Source: Proteromonas lacertae
Taxonomy: Eukaryota
Length of the DNA stretch: 64,000 nucleotides
NCBI GenBank assembly: GCA_002245135.1
Contig: NGBS01000333.1
Span: forward strand, 1-64,000
Direction: 5' to 3'
In this document: positions 1 through 14,330 of the stretch, piece by piece
Layout of the letters: each line of letters begins with the position of its first letter
Numbering within the stretch: position 1 is the stretch's first letter
The notes under the pieces: generated by a model
The model's input: the letters and a program-made list of their open reading frames with translations, nothing else
Told to the model about the DNA's origin: nothing
The model's database searches: none
Translations under genes and position numbers: made by a program

Positions 1-293
1 GAATATGAAGTAAAATTGATGAGAGTGATTGTAAGATATATAGAAATGTTTAGACGGAAACAAGATCTTCATCATTAGTTGATAATTAAATAATTATAAG
101 TACTTATTTACAAATTATAAAATTGCAGTGAATCTAAATTTAAACATAATCATAATAGTCATTATTAAATAATCATTTACATATACAATTATTACATATA
201 AGTGATGTTATTAAGAGAAAATAAAATTACACCTAAAAAGCATAACGACTATATTATTTAATTGATTTTCTGTTTTAATTTAATAGTTGGTAT

Positions 294-1779
294 ATGGGTA
301 ATAAAACTTCTAAACAATTAGGATTAGGCTTTTAAGTAATTATAAAGTATAGTAGTTATAATTTTTACACTAGATACTGAAAAATTTAGATGCTTCTAAC
401 CACATGAATATATTTCTTGTAAAGAACAGAGAAAATGGTAGAATTGAGAGACTTAAAATGGTAATTTGTGAAAACTTTCCTGATCAAAATGTAGGTTACT
501 TTTATAGTAGGTTAAACATCATTCAATCATTTTGTTCATATTATATAACTCCTTACATTATGATAAGAAGAACCCCAGAATATGTAGTATTTTCAGTTCC
601 AGAATTTGAAACGTCACTATCGAAGGTAAATATTAAGGAGTACTTTAGAGAATTAGACAGATATACGCTTATTTTAGAAATATGTTATGCAACCAAAATA
701 TTACATCATTTTCATGGATTAATAAATGGTAATATAAAACCAAATAATATTCTAATTAGTAAAGATGGGCATTACTATGTTTCTGATTTGTCTTCATATT
801 TATTATATTCTGATACATCAAGTGGCTACCCTTTAAATGTAAATAGTATTGATTATATGCCTCCAGAGATGTTGTATAATCAAGAAATCACCACTAAATC
901 AGATATGTGGAATATTGGAGTTATTATGTATTATATATTCTTTGGAATAACTCCATTTCATGGTAAAAATATAACGGACATTATATTGAATATTAAATTA
1001 TGTTCTTATTCAATGAAACTTATTGGATCAACTGATGAAAGTAGTAAAGTAGAACAAGAAATATTTCAAGAAGAATGTAAAAGAGTATACAAAATAATCC
1101 AGAAATTAATTGTAAAAGATGAAGGTAAAAGAATTAATATTGATGAACTATTTGAAGAAATAAAAAGTATGTACATTGTTTATATTTTTATATATTTTGA
1201 TTAGATGCAAATGGAATAAACGCTATGTCAAACAAAGAAAATGAAAAAAGTGTGAATTTAGATATTCATTTTGCTAAAGATTATAAACACAAAAAACATT
1301 GATATTGATGAAGATGATCCTAAATGTATAACTAATATAAAATATAAGAAATCAACTTGGCCGCATTGCTATACAAACATTAAATGAATGTAAATACAGG
1401 TGTTTATCATATCATATTTCAAGTATTTGTGAGTAGAAAAGAAGGAGGACAATTCTTCTTTGGAGGTACAAATAGTTTAAAATATAAAGGAAATGATATT
1501 ACAGATGGTAAAGGAACGTGTTGTATTTTCTGTTGGTTGGAATGGATCGTTGATTTATGGTAAAAATGGTGATATAATTCAAAAACCTACAGGTTATGCT
1601 AGTGATGGTGAAAAAATATGAACTTATATTTAATTCTAATCATAATAGTTTCAGTATCAAATTTGAAGGATGGAAGAGAAGAAATTCTTTTCAAAAACAT
1701 CAAATATCCCTTAAAAGTATTTGCAATACCTGCCTATTTGGGAGATTCTGTTGAGGTTATTAGTTGTTGGAAGTTGTAA
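294..1779 (+). pseudogene. Pseudokinase with C-terminal SPRY/B30.2-like domain; multiply frameshifted (pseudogene or error-rich assembly)
   Basis: ORF 404-1204 has a kinase C-lobe with degenerate catalytic motifs (NGNIKPNN, SDL, YMPPE, SDMWNIG). An upstream ATG (MGNK) at 294 runs into a stop. Fragments downstream of an intron near 1169-1204 read GVYHIIFQV...PLKVFAIPAYLGDSVEVISCWKL* across several frameshifts. Confidence 0.55.
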
Positions 1780-1904
1780 GATATGTATATATTATTTAAT
1801 TTATTTAATACACTTTTTATGGTGTTAAAAAACGAAATTACATATTTGTGACATAATGACATTTTGACATTTTAACTGTCATATTTTTATTTTTTCTCTT
1901 TCTG

Positions 1905-2821
1905 ATGAGTAATAAACAGGGAGAGATTAATGAATTATGTGATTGGATTAATGGACTGCCATTGACCAGGGAAATACATTTCTTCATAGGGATATCAGTG
2001 ATGGAGGTATATTGTTTTATTTAGTGAAAATAGTAATTGTTTTCAGAAATAGTTTATTCATATGTTCCAAATATAGTTAGATTTACATAATTATAGTCAA
2101 GCAAATTCAGTAGCTTTAAAGATATACAATTGGAACACTCTTAATCGTAATAATCACCATATATAATAAATAGAAAGAGTATTTTGTCATCTAGGCTTTC
2201 AATTGAGTGATAGTGAGATAAGAGAGCTGTCATCTTCAAATTGCAACGCTTGTGTTAAATTTATAAAACAATTAAAAGAAGCAGTATATTTACAGCTGGA
2301 TATTATTAACTATAGATAAATAATTTTCTTCTAAAAAGCCATCAAATAGAAGTTAGAAACAAACAATTAACAACTCCAAGAAGTAAAGCCAATAGTATTG
2401 CTAATAGTAATAACCAAGATGATTTAAATAATGCACCAACAGTGGATAGTATCAATGTACATAAACGAAGTTCAATAATAAATAATTCAAAATCATTTAA
2501 AAGGTTAGAATCTTTTTATAAATCACCAAAAGCAATAAAAGGAAGAGAAGATACTATATTCATAAAGAATGAAAGAAATGATGATGCAGAATATAGTAAA
2601 GTGGATGATAAAAGAACTTCGATGGTTAATACATCATTACACAAAGATAAACAAATAAAACAATTGATTGACAAGAATTATGTATAATTGATTGTCATAC
2701 TTATATATTTATATAGAAATTGGAGAAAGAAATGGAAAAGTTAAGATCTTTACTAAAACAAAAAGATAATCAAATTGAAGAATTAACTCGACATTTAAAA
2801 AATGCGTCAAAATTAAAGTAA
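1905..2821 (+). CDS. SPEF1: SPEF1/CLAMP-like calponin-homology microtubule-binding protein
   Basis: Spliced translation gives LCDWINGLPLTRE..LHRDISDG..VDLHNYSQANSVALKIYNWNTLN..VFCHLGF, matching the SPEF1 CH domain, followed by a C-terminal coiled coil. There are four short GT-AG introns and one apparent 1-nt deletion near 1980. Confidence 0.8.
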
Positions 2822-2973
2822 TTTATGTTTTTTATTCATTTTTTAATTTCAGTATTACTCATACTAACAAAAAAACAATATAAACAAAGTTCAACAAGAA
2901 TTTTCATTCATAAATGACTTTTAATTATCTAATTTTTAAACTATATATAAACTGAATATAAACAACAACACAA

Positions 2974-5221
2974 TTATTCTGGTTCCCACATAATAGCTTG
3001 TTCTAATTTACATCTCAGTCTAATATTCTCTTTTGTTAAAATACGAATGTCTTCAATTGCTTCAGCCAATAATCTTCGAGATTCATCCGCTGATGTGTGC
3101 GATCCTTTCAATTGATCTTCATACACTTTAAACATCTCTTTTACCACAGATGCTGATTTATCTCTTTCAATATCAAGAGCTTTTTCATGAGCTGTTTTAA
3201 TTTCTTTTATTTTTCATTAAATTGTTTTTCTGCTTGTGACTTTTCATAGACCAATTTCTGTTTTTGTAGTTTCTCTTCTGCTAATTCTATCTCTAAATCA
3301 TCTATTCTTGATTTATATTGATTGATTTCCCTTTCATATTTCAATTTTTCTCTTCGAACACTCTTTTCAAAATCTTCCTGTAATCTATGTCGTTCTAATT
3401 GTAATGATTTTTCTAAATAAGCATCTCTTTCTATTCTCATTTTTTCTCTTTCTTCATTCTGAATTGCTTCTCTTAAAGCTGCATCACTTGACACTACTGT
3501 TTTCTTCACTTCTAATTGATCTTTCTCTTTTACATATTCTTTTTCTATAACTTCTAATTGATTTTTTGTTTCTTCCAAATCTGACTTTTCATCTAATACG
3601 ACTTGCCTTTGTTTCTTTATAAAGTTACCTGTTTCTTCAAGTTTCTGTTGTATAATCGGCTTTTCTTCTTCTTTACATGTTCCATCTTGTAAGGTTTGTT
3701 CCAAGGCTTGATATATTTTAAATATCTTATCAAAATCAGCTTTTATTTCTTTAAATCTCATTTTTTGTATTTTATATCTTTCTCTCAGTTTTGATCTTGC
3801 TTTCTTCAATTTCTTTAATTTCTTCATTGATTCTTCAGTTTCTTCTTTTATATTATTCATTACTGCTAAAATTGTATTTTCATTCTTCATATTTTGTTTT
3901 CTTTCTTCTTCATACATTTGATGCAATCTCTCTTTCTCTTCCCATGATTTAGATTTGGCTTGTTCAAGATCTGCTATTAAAGCTTCCATCTCTTTCATTT
4001 TCTGTTTTTCTGCTTCGCTCATTTCTTCACCTGCAACCATTGGTTGTCCCTGTTTTTGTAATTGTTCTCTTAACGCTTTGATTTGATCTCTTAATTCTCT
4101 AATTACAGTTTCATTCTTATCTTCATTACGTCTTGTTTCGTTCTTAATCATTTTTGCACGATTGGCAAACTATACACATAAATTAATAATAATAATAATA
4201 TATATACATTTAATGTAGATATTGTTTCTTCATAATTCACTTTAGCAGGTGATATAGCAGCAATCATAATAGTTAAAGCATTACCACCTAATGATGTCTG
4301 TAGCAATCTTGTTAATTTACTGTCTCTGTATGGAATATGTTTATTCTTTTTAGGATCTGTCAAGGCATTTATCACATTACCTAAGGCCGATAATGATTTA
4401 TTAATTGCAGCACCTTCTTTTAGAGTATCACCAGTTGCACCTGTTTTTGCGGCTCTCTCAGATCCTGCTAAATCGACTAAATTTATCTTAGCTTCTAAAG
4501 AAGTTTCTTTTTGAGTATCTCCTTCTATTACTGTTTGCTTTTGATCTACTTTAATAACAAAACAACTGTGACTTCTACTACTTCTATTGTTCATATTAGT
4601 AGAAGCTACTCTTCTTACTTGATTACCTTGTTCGATATATTGGTTTAACTGATCTGCTGAGTTGACTATGAAATGAGATAATCCTTCAACATAAACACCT
4701 AATTTTGGATTTTCTCTGATTGTTAATTTTTCATCTGATAAACATAGCAAATCATTTATTTGTTCATTATAGATTTCTAAGTAAGATACTTCGATTAAAA
4801 ACTTTCTTTCATCGGTTGTAAGGTCTTTGATTCTTTTAAATATATCCATATTCATTCGAGGTATAATACCTAGATCTCCATCATAACCCATCATTGTATG
4901 CGTTTTTCCTGAAGATGTTTGGCCATATGCAAAAATTGTACCATTATAACCATCAAATGCTTTAGTTAACAATGGCAATGCTAGATCATTATAAACCATT
5001 TCTTGTGTAGTATTCATATCATAAGAATGATCAAAAGTATATGTTCTTGGTTGACCTAATATTGATATAAAACATTAAAATATACTAGCTGGATCATCTA
5101 AATTTTTAACGAGTGTTCTAACACCTTCTTCCATATCAATGACTGGTTTTTCGTTTGCATCCTTCTCTTTTTGATTTAGAGGTCTACATCTAACAGCCAC
5201 TTGCACATTTACAGATGTCAT
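2974..5221 (-). CDS. Kinesin motor protein (kinesin-3-like motor) with coiled-coil tail
   Basis: Motifs VQVAVRCRP, GQTSSGKT, SSRSH, DLAGSE and HIPYRDSKLT. Introns lie near 5058-5086 and 4171-4207. A one-base frameshift in an A run near 3210 precedes the last ~77 codons, which end QAIMWEPE*. Confidence 0.9.
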
Positions 5222-5346
5222 AATCTAATAAACACACTCTCTTTTTAAATTAGAAAAAATTTGAGCTGTTATTTTAGGGGCGACTAATATGAGTGCCTAA
5301 ATTTTTAAACCCCAAGAATCGTTTGTTTTTGTTTTGTCTTGATTTC

Positions 5347-6657
5347 ATGGCTAAATTACCAGACGAGGTAGAAAAAGAGTTAAATGATTATATGAAACAA
5401 CATAATATAACAGATTTGTTCAACCATGTGGCTGAAGCTTTACTTTTAGCAAAACCTGAACATCCCGTTAGATTTATATTAGATTATTTAATAAAAGAAT
5501 ATCCAGATCAAGCGTTAGGAGCAGTTATGTGTATGCTTTGTTTGTATTATCATAATAGCACCTGTATTAGCTTCAGAGATAGAAAGAAAAGCCAAAGAAA
5601 CTGAATCCAAAAATAAAACTGTTATACCACCACTGATTGAAGAATCAGTAGCTGAATTAAAGACTATAGAGTATTAATCAATTTATTTTTATTCTACATA
5701 GAGGGTTATCTATTAGAAAACGAAGATCAAGAAGAGCATCAGTATCAGCAGAAACAATGAGTTCATCAGTATATAGTAATAATCTAATAAAAAACTATAG
5801 GAAAAATTAACAACAAAAGATTTAAAAACATATCCAAAATCTCCAATGGATTTAGAATCAATACACAATATATTATCACAGAATATGTATATTTATCCTT
5901 CTATTTATATAGTTTATTTGATAATCTTGATGAAACATCCCGTGAAATCATCGTAGGAGCAATGTTTCCAAAAGAATATAAAAATGGTGAAATCATTATA
6001 AAACAAGGAGATGATGGAGATAATTTCTATTTATTATCAACAGGAGAATGTGAAATATATGTAGAAAGAGATAATAAACCAGTATTGGTGAAGTTATGTC
6101 AAGTTGGTGATTCATTTGGTGAATTAGCTTTGTTATACAACGCTCCAAGAGCAGCAACAGTTGTAGCTAAAGGAGATGTTAAAGTATGGGCTGTTGATAG
6201 AACTACATTCAGAGTAATCTTAATGGAAACAACAGTAAATCAAAGAAAAAAATATAAAACATTTTTAGAAAAAGTACCGTTATTAGAGTCGTTGACTGAA
6301 TATGAAAGATTGACTGTAGCTGATGCTTTGAAGCCAGTTATGTTTAATAAAGGTGAAATTATTATAAAAGAATGTGATAAAGGTGATGCTTTTTATATTA
6401 TTGAAGAAGGAGGTGTTATTTGTACAAAATTAACAAATGGAGTTCAATTAGAAGTAAGCAGAGTTCATAATGGTGAATATTTTGGTGAAATTGCTTTATT
6501 ATCTGATGTACCAAGACAGGCTACAGTTACTGCAATTGAACCAACCAAATGTTTGGAAATTGAGAGAACTACGTTTAATAGAGTAATGGGTCCTTTGACT
6601 GATATTCTTAAGAGGAATATGGAACATTATAAGAAAGTTACTGCTGAATATAAGTAA
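5347..6657 (+). CDS. cAMP-dependent protein kinase regulatory subunit
   Basis: N-terminal D/D domain (YMKQHNITDLF..LLLAKPEHPVRF), inhibitor site RRASVSAE, and two cNMP-binding domains (FGELALLYNAPRAATV, FGEIALLSDVPRQATV). Four short introns. Confidence 0.93.
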
Positions 6658-6850
6658 GTAGAGTAAATATTATAAATTTTATTAATATTTTATTTTTAAT
6701 ATTCTGTTATTTCTAATTAAAATTGTGATTTTATATATACTATTGTGTTATGTGATATTAATAATGTCTAAATGATGAGATAATTAAATTTTTCTAAATA
6801 AAATAGCAAGCCAAAGTTTGTCAGTCACGTTGATTTTTTATATATTTATT

Positions 6851-7821
6851 ATGAGGAGATTTAAAGGGATTAAAATTATACTAATATGTGCATTGCTTAT
6901 GGTACATACTATCAGATGTGAAACCGATGAAGACTTTGGTACAGAAGAACCAGAAGAGGGTATTGACTTAAATATTTATTATTCGCTTTAGATATATATG
7001 AATCTTATATGAGATGTCAAGAAACTCAAAGATGTCCTATGGCTTACAATAAATATGATGAAGAAACAACAATTGAGACATACTTTTATTCTAGGTTTAG
7101 GGATGGTGTATTAGATCAACCATTTATTTTTTGTGATTTTGAAAATCCACTTGTTGGAACGCATGGATGGAGGAAAACAGATCTGAACGAAAGTCGTATA
7201 TGTTTCATTATTTATACATTTTATATAATAGAATACTATCAAGAAGACATGGATGTATTACATTTCAGTTCTTACGATGATGAACTACCACTTGAAGAAG
7301 AATTAGAAATGCTTGAAGGAACAATCACAATAAATACAGATATCCCAACATTTGTAAGAGATGATGATAATACAGTAATAGAAGGTACATTTTTACAAAC
7401 ACCAATAGCCAATCGTACAGTAGCTGTTTTTAATTTCAAAAATATAATAATTGGTGAAGATGTAACATTGAATGTAAGTGGTAGTTATCCATTAGCAATC
7501 ATTTCTAGAAATAATTTCATATTCAATGGAACAGTAGAAGTACCGCCAGGCAATTTAAGTGGATTTTTAGGAGTGAATGACACTGATTATTACAATAAGT
7601 GGGGTAGAGGTGCAAATCCTACTATGTTTTATTTTTTTACACTATATTTCAGTGTAGAACCTAATCCTGAAGTGCAGTGGATCAATACTACGGTATATAC
7701 AGGCGATGTGTTAAGTGGCACATTTACAATAGATATTGGTAGTGAATGTCATACTGTTCCAATATCATCAAATGCATCAGTAGAAGAACTAAAACAAGCA
7801 ATAGATGAGTATATATATATA

Positions 7822-7873
<52 letters not shown>

Positions 7874-10800
7874 TGTATAGTTGTTCTGATTATTATGGCA
7901 CAGTTACTGTAAATAGAGAAATAAGAGAAAGAGGAATGAACCATTGGACGATTACATTCGATACAGCGATAGGAGATATTCCACAATTAACTATAAACAG
8001 TGATGAATTAAGAGGATATGAACATAATATATTTACAGGGACATATAATGATGGTAATGTTATAAATGGCAGTTATTCATTGATATTCACTGATAAGGAT
8101 GATAATGATATAATTGTAGATGGATTTACTCCCAATATGACAGCTAAAGAGATGGAAGATATGATTATTGATAAAGTTCCCTATATATATAACATTACAA
8201 TAGCTAAATCATGTCCAGATTATTATGAATGTAAAAATGGTTTTTGTGATAGTCAATTAGGTTGTTATTATGGTTGGGGACATAGTTATTACATTACAAT
8301 ACAAACTAAATACGATATTGCTGTTATTGATACTCCTACTGATATTGTAGAGTTATATAATCCAATGAATATCACTGTAGAAAGTGATTTATATGATAGT
8401 AGTAATATAGATGATGAAGTGAATATAACTATAGTGCCATATCATGTTAATAACAAATTTGGTGAATATATCCCTTACAATCTTACAGATATACCATTTG
8501 TCTATTATTATGGAAGTTTTGGTGGTTCTTATGGAGGAAAAGGAGGTGGTATAATAGAATCAGCTCCAATCTATGGTGATAATGATATTAGAGATTTTAG
8601 TGGTGGTTCTAGTGGTGCTTTAGGTACGATTGATTATCACAATATATTCGATGTTCCAATAGAAGAAAGAGCAGGTGGTAGTGGTGGAGGTGCTATTGAA
8701 TTCAGTGCGGTGAATGATTTGTATATATTTGAAACTGCTAAAATTACAGTGAATGGTGAAAATGGTAAAGAGAATAAAGGAAGAGGAAGTGGTGGTGGTT
8801 CTGGTGGTGCTATTGTATTATCAGCTGGTGGTATTGTAGAGAATAAAGGAATATTACAAGCGAATGGTGGAGATGGAGGAAATGGAAGTTTTATTGAATA
8901 TGCTGGTGGAGGTGGTGGAGGTGGTAGAATTACAGTTTATGCACAAAGTTACTTCAACCACAGACCAGATTTAACAGTAGCAAAAGGTGGAAAATCACCC
9001 AATCCACTGTATAATGGTGAAGATGGTGTAGTTTATAAGAATGTGAAATATAATATGAATATAACTATCGATGTAACTGGAACTATGGGAACTAATCACA
9101 GTTTATTAGTTCAAGGAGCTGAAGAGATATTAATCGATCAACCAATGAATTATTCATCATATATAATATCTGGACCACAACATTCATTATTGAATGATAC
9201 TGAAGATAATAATATTGAAGATGGACCAAAACCAACGAGAGTATCATTCTATATGAGAGTAAAATTATTATCTAATCAAACTAATTGGGGTGGTTTCTTT
9301 TGTTTACATAGTAATGAAGTTGATAATACTAGAACATCATCATTATCTTCTAATTTACCAAAATATTTAATGATGATAGGAACAGCTTATGTTGATGGAA
9401 CATTCAGATATGGTGCTAATAATAGAAGAACACCTGCTAATACAGTGAGTTCAACAGCTCCACCAGATTTATCAAAGTTATTATTAGATAATGTTGAAGA
9501 AATGAAATGGTATAGATTTGATTATCTCATTGATTGGGAAAATCATGTATTTGAGATAATGATCGATGGTATAACAAGAGCTTGGGATGTATTTTATGGT
9601 GATTATACTACAACAGTTGGTTTATATAATTTATATCCACTCACTGTATGGTATGATGAGATATTTATTGGTGGTGATCATTTGACTGGTTTTCATAACC
9701 CCAGAATATTTAATGATAAAGATTATCCATATGATCCTATCATTAATACAACTACCTTTACATTTACAGCTTGGGATGTTGAAGATATAGGAAATGAAAC
9801 ATCTTACCATGAAGAAACAGAACATCATTCTCATTTATATAGAAGACAGAAATATCATAGTTGTAGTAATGAATGTAGTGCAACTTGTAATAATTCAATG
9901 ATATGGTTTGATGGACCTCCACATATGAAGTATTTATCAGATATTAAAGATAGAGATGATCAACCATATGGTATATAAATATATTATTATTATTATTATT
10001 ATTTATAGCTCAAAGTACATTTTCAATGGCAAGTGTTATCTATGTTCCTGATAATCAGACAAAGGTTGAGACATATTTAGAGAGATATGTTACTGCTATT
10101 ACTAGTATATTATTATTATTATTATTATTATTGTAATAGATTCAAGTACAAATTCACCCAATCCAAATTCTCAAGGTAAAGTTGGTAGATATTATTGGTA
10201 CAGTAGTCAATATGAAACTCCACTAATTTACACTGATCCATCAGGTGTTGAATATGAATATACACTTCCATTCTATAATAAAACACTCAATAAAACAGAT
10301 ATGAACTTTCATTGAACAGAATATATCAATGTCAATTGTATGTTCATCCACTGACGATTTTATTAATTGGAGATATGAAGGAATAATGTTATATTCAGTA
10401 AATGTAACTGATGATGAAGATGATAGAAAAGGAATGTTAGGTTTTGATAAACCCAAAGTATTATATAATGAGAAGAATGATAATTATGTAATGTGGTTCT
10501 TAGTAGATGATGCTGAACATACTTATGGTGCTAATGGAATAGCTATATCTGATCGACCAAATGGTCCATTCACCTTCTTAAGAACATTTTTACCAGATGG
10601 AAATGAAACTCATGATTCTACAGTTATTAAGAGAAAAGATGGTATTGCTTTCTTAGTTCGAACTTATTATCAAACTTATACATATTGGTTACCAGCTCCA
10701 GTAATGCAACCAATGTGGGAAAGTGTTAAATTACCTCCAAGACCTGATGAAATAAAAGAAGGTGATGATTATAATACTGAATATGATAATGAAAATGGAT

Positions 10801-12180
10801 TTAAATGTCCTGGTTATTTCACTACTTGTGGTATTGATGAGAATTGTAAAGATCCTGAAGTGAATTATGCATTGAATTACCATAGAGCATTTTATAGTCC
10901 TGAATATGATAATCAACATGATATTTATATGCAGAGATGGAGATTAGAAGATAAACGATGGAATATTGCTTATTATAAGAGAGAAACAACTGCTGAAATG
11001 AATTTAAGAGTGAAGAATACATTAGAATGGTTGAAGAATAATACAGATAAAGATTTTGAGGATTATCCAGATCAACCATATATATATAAGAATGGAATAT
11101 GGTATGAAATTGCTGATGTTGAATATAGAGGAAGTATTAGATATATATATAATTATAACAACAACAATGAAGAGGAAGAGGAAGAAAGAATGAATTTATA
11201 TAATGTAAGTGTAGTTGATCGATTTGATGGTTTAATGAATCTTAAAGAAACAGAATCACTTGGTTCTATTATATTCTTTAAATATGATAATAGTAGTAAT
11301 ACAACATTGTCACTAGAAAAACAATCACAAGAGTTAAAAGAAGAATTATATGCAAGTTGCTGTAATAATGAATATGCAACTTGTTGTAGTTTATTTGATG
11401 AAGCAACTCCTACTCTAGAAATAGTAATCAGATTAGTTCATTCATTAATGGTTGATAGTACAGATGATAATAACCATAAATTGTATCTTGATTTCTATGA
11501 TCTAAGTAAAGAAAAACCACCTGTTACAAAGTATATTTATACATTTATATATATATATTATATTATATAGTTATCTACATGTTTGGGATATGAAAAGAGT
11601 GATTTATGGTCAAGGAGATCCATATGGAAGTATTTCAAGAAATGCAAATCCAGATCCATTTGATGGAACATTAATCAGTAGATTCTTAGATCCGAATAGA
11701 ACAGAAAATAGTTGTTGGCATCCTTCTAGTGTTCCTGCTGTAAAAGCTCAAGATTGGAAAGATAATTATTATGATAATAACATAGCTGATAATCCAATTC
11801 ATCCAACTGTTCCAGATAAATTAATAGCACCTGAACATATTGTATTTGAAAGAAGAACGAAGTATATTGCTATTTCACAGTTGACTGATGATTATACTGA
11901 TACATTAGGAGTTGCTTATATATTGGAAGGTGAAACATTAGATGATGAACCATTAGTTGATTTGGTTGAACAATTTGATCCATTTAATTTCAGTACATTA
12001 GTGATTAACCAAAAATCTGATACTAAACAAAGACATTTCCATGGTGATGTTAAGCCTCCGTTTAATTTCACTACTGCTGATGATTGGGAGACTAGATATT
12101 GGCAATATTATGATGAACCTGGTGATAGATGGAATGATACTGTTAATTTTAGAGATCAAATTACAGAAGGACATACATAA
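6851..12180 (+). CDS. Large secreted protein with Gly-rich region and GH43-like beta-propeller segments
   Basis: Signal peptide (MRRFKGIKIILICALLMVHTIRC), Gly-rich GGGSGG repeats, and the segment STDDFINWRYEG..KPKVLYNEKNDNYVMW..GIAISDRPNGPF..DSTV, which is typical of GH43 propeller blades. About six short introns join the ORFs; one frameshift lies near 10303. Confidence 0.7.
7822..7872. repeat. (TAT)n microsatellite inside an intron
   Basis: About 17 TAT units between the GT donor at 7809 and the TAG acceptor at 7880. Confidence 0.85.
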
Positions 12181-12368
12181 GTGATTGTTTTTTTTAGATT
12201 TATTTATTTCAACACATATATAGAATATATATAATATAGTTTTTGTTTAATTGGGTTGTTTTAACAAAATCATTCATTTATCTGAAAAGAATAAATATCA
12301 AAATCACTCAATTTAACAAAAAATGAAAATGAATCAAAATAAAAACCAATACAACAATAATAAAACAT

Positions 12369-14189
12369 TTAATAACACATTTCAGGATAAAATTGAGAGG
12401 TATTTTCATACAATATTTCTTCAATATTCTGTAAATCATTCTTTGAATGAATAATACACAAATACAATCTACCTTCTCTTTTCTTACCATAAATCCAATC
12501 TTCTTCTACTTTAATCAGACATTCATTACTTCCATTCTTTAATCTCAAATAAACATTATCTAATCCAATTAATATCGATCTTTCAAAATGATGATGTAAT
12601 TGTTTTGAACTCAATGGCAACTATTTAATAATAATAACAAATATATGTATATATATATACTTTATGTGGATAATTAACATAATAATCAATATCTAATATC
12701 ATTGTATTCTCATGGAATAATAAACATTGCATTTTAGATGAACTATTCTTTGCAGAATTTGATCTATACCAATTACAATAATTACATCAATATATTAATA
12801 CAATATAATTGATAAATCTCTCTCAACAACTGATCCTATTTTTATCAAATCTTGTTCAATAATGCTTATTATATTGTTTCTAATTGTCTTTACTGCTTTC
12901 ACATCTAAATCATCATTTTCTTCAAATTCGCCTTCCACAGTAAGACTTTCTACTGATATTTTACTTAATACAATTGGTAATGGTTTTACAAACACAGAAG
13001 GTTCAAAGATAAAGAATATAAAGAAATTATAATTCTATTATATAATAATAATAATTATATATCTATATACTGAATATAACATTAATTTATATGTTTGAAT
13101 ATTTGCATTATCTCCTATATTGATGGTTGGTAAGAATATTTTACTCTATAAATAACAAATAATCATTCTTATACTCCTTCAGCATCTTTCTTAGCACTTT
13201 GAAATCCTTTTAAATCTAACGAATCTGTTTTTATTAAATATTCATTATATAATAACTGCATAACATCAATAGGTAAATCATAATATAACATATGATTATT
13301 GTATAAAATGGCACAATATTTTAACTCATTAATATTATTCTTCACTTTTTGAATGGTTAATCTTAATGACAAATAAATTGTATGATTTAGTTTGTACGTC
13401 TGAAATCCATTTAAATCTAAGAATAAATCAGGAAATGTAAAATCTAATGATGTTAAATATTTTGGTAAAGTTGCTGTTAATTTTCTCCATATTGCATTAT
13501 TTGGATCATCAGATTCCAATAAAAATAATTCTTGTTGTAATTCACTTAGTTCAGGATGATGGTGCTTCTTTAGCAGATGGATTATAATTTCTTAATTTCT
13601 TTCTTAATTCCATCATACGTGATATAATTGTCTTATTTTCTTTTTCCAACTTTTCTATATAAATATTTATCAGATAACAATATACGTTCTAATACTGGAC
13701 GTATTAGACCATGATATAATCTATAGAATTCATAACAATGTTTTACAATATCTCCTATTATTTCATCAAATAATGTGTATGAATAAGAAACTTGTGGTTT
13801 CTGTAAAATTATAAATATTTTCTTAATACTGTCTCGTCTTGAGTATTATTTCCTAATGGAGCTTTAATTATTAATATAAACCAGATATCAGGCTCGGCTT
13901 CATAAAATACATATTTCAGTAGATTCATTCCTACAACTTTTACATTCTCTTTAGTCAAGCTTTTTGAAAAATCGATTAAACCTTCAAATAATGATACTTG
14001 CATTACTTGTTGATCAACTGGTATAGTTGGATAAGAAAATAATATCATCTGTTTTCTTTCTTTTTCAGTAGAACTTTCATCGTCACAATCTAAGGAAGTA
14101 CATCATAAATCTTTGTTACGTTGTGTTCTATCTATAACATAAAACTGACCAAATGCTGGAGATGTCATGACAGGTTGTTTATAAGACAT
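12369..14189 (-). CDS. CCZ1: CCZ1-like longin-domain vacuolar fusion protein
   Basis: N-terminal longin ILFSYP..DQQVMQVSLFEGLIDFSKS..YVFYEAEPDIWFILII and C-terminal DWIYGKK..RLYLCII. About seven short introns; one apparent frameshift near 13580. Confidence 0.7.
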
Positions 14190-14330
14190 AATTCAATAAA
14201 ATATCAAAATGAAACACAAGCCAAGATTTGTTTATCGAAAAAATCCCCACAATACAAAAAATGATTAATATATCAACTTATTAACTTAGTTTATCTTTTA
14301 GAATAACACTAATATACTTCAAAAAATGAT

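Noticed and set aside
2955..2976. TGTTGTTGTTT after the kinesin stop, resembling the Blastocystis motif linked to polyadenylation-created stop codons
   Set aside because: All genes modelled here have genome-encoded stops, and I found no stop-less gene with the motif.
3200..3215. AAA-TAA at the kinesin frameshift (also AAA-TGA at 35985), reminiscent of Euplotes-type programmed frameshifting
   Set aside because: The frameshifts across the window (about 1980, 3210, 10303, 13580, 24812, 28467, 36015, 59950, 60975) go in both directions, share no motif and mostly sit in short homopolymer runs. Long-read indel error is the simpler explanation; short-read polishing would settle it.
7809..7880. Poly-tyrosine tract in ORF 7009-9978
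   Set aside because: It is a (TAT)n-expanded GT-AG intron of 72 nt that the ORF finder reads through in frame.
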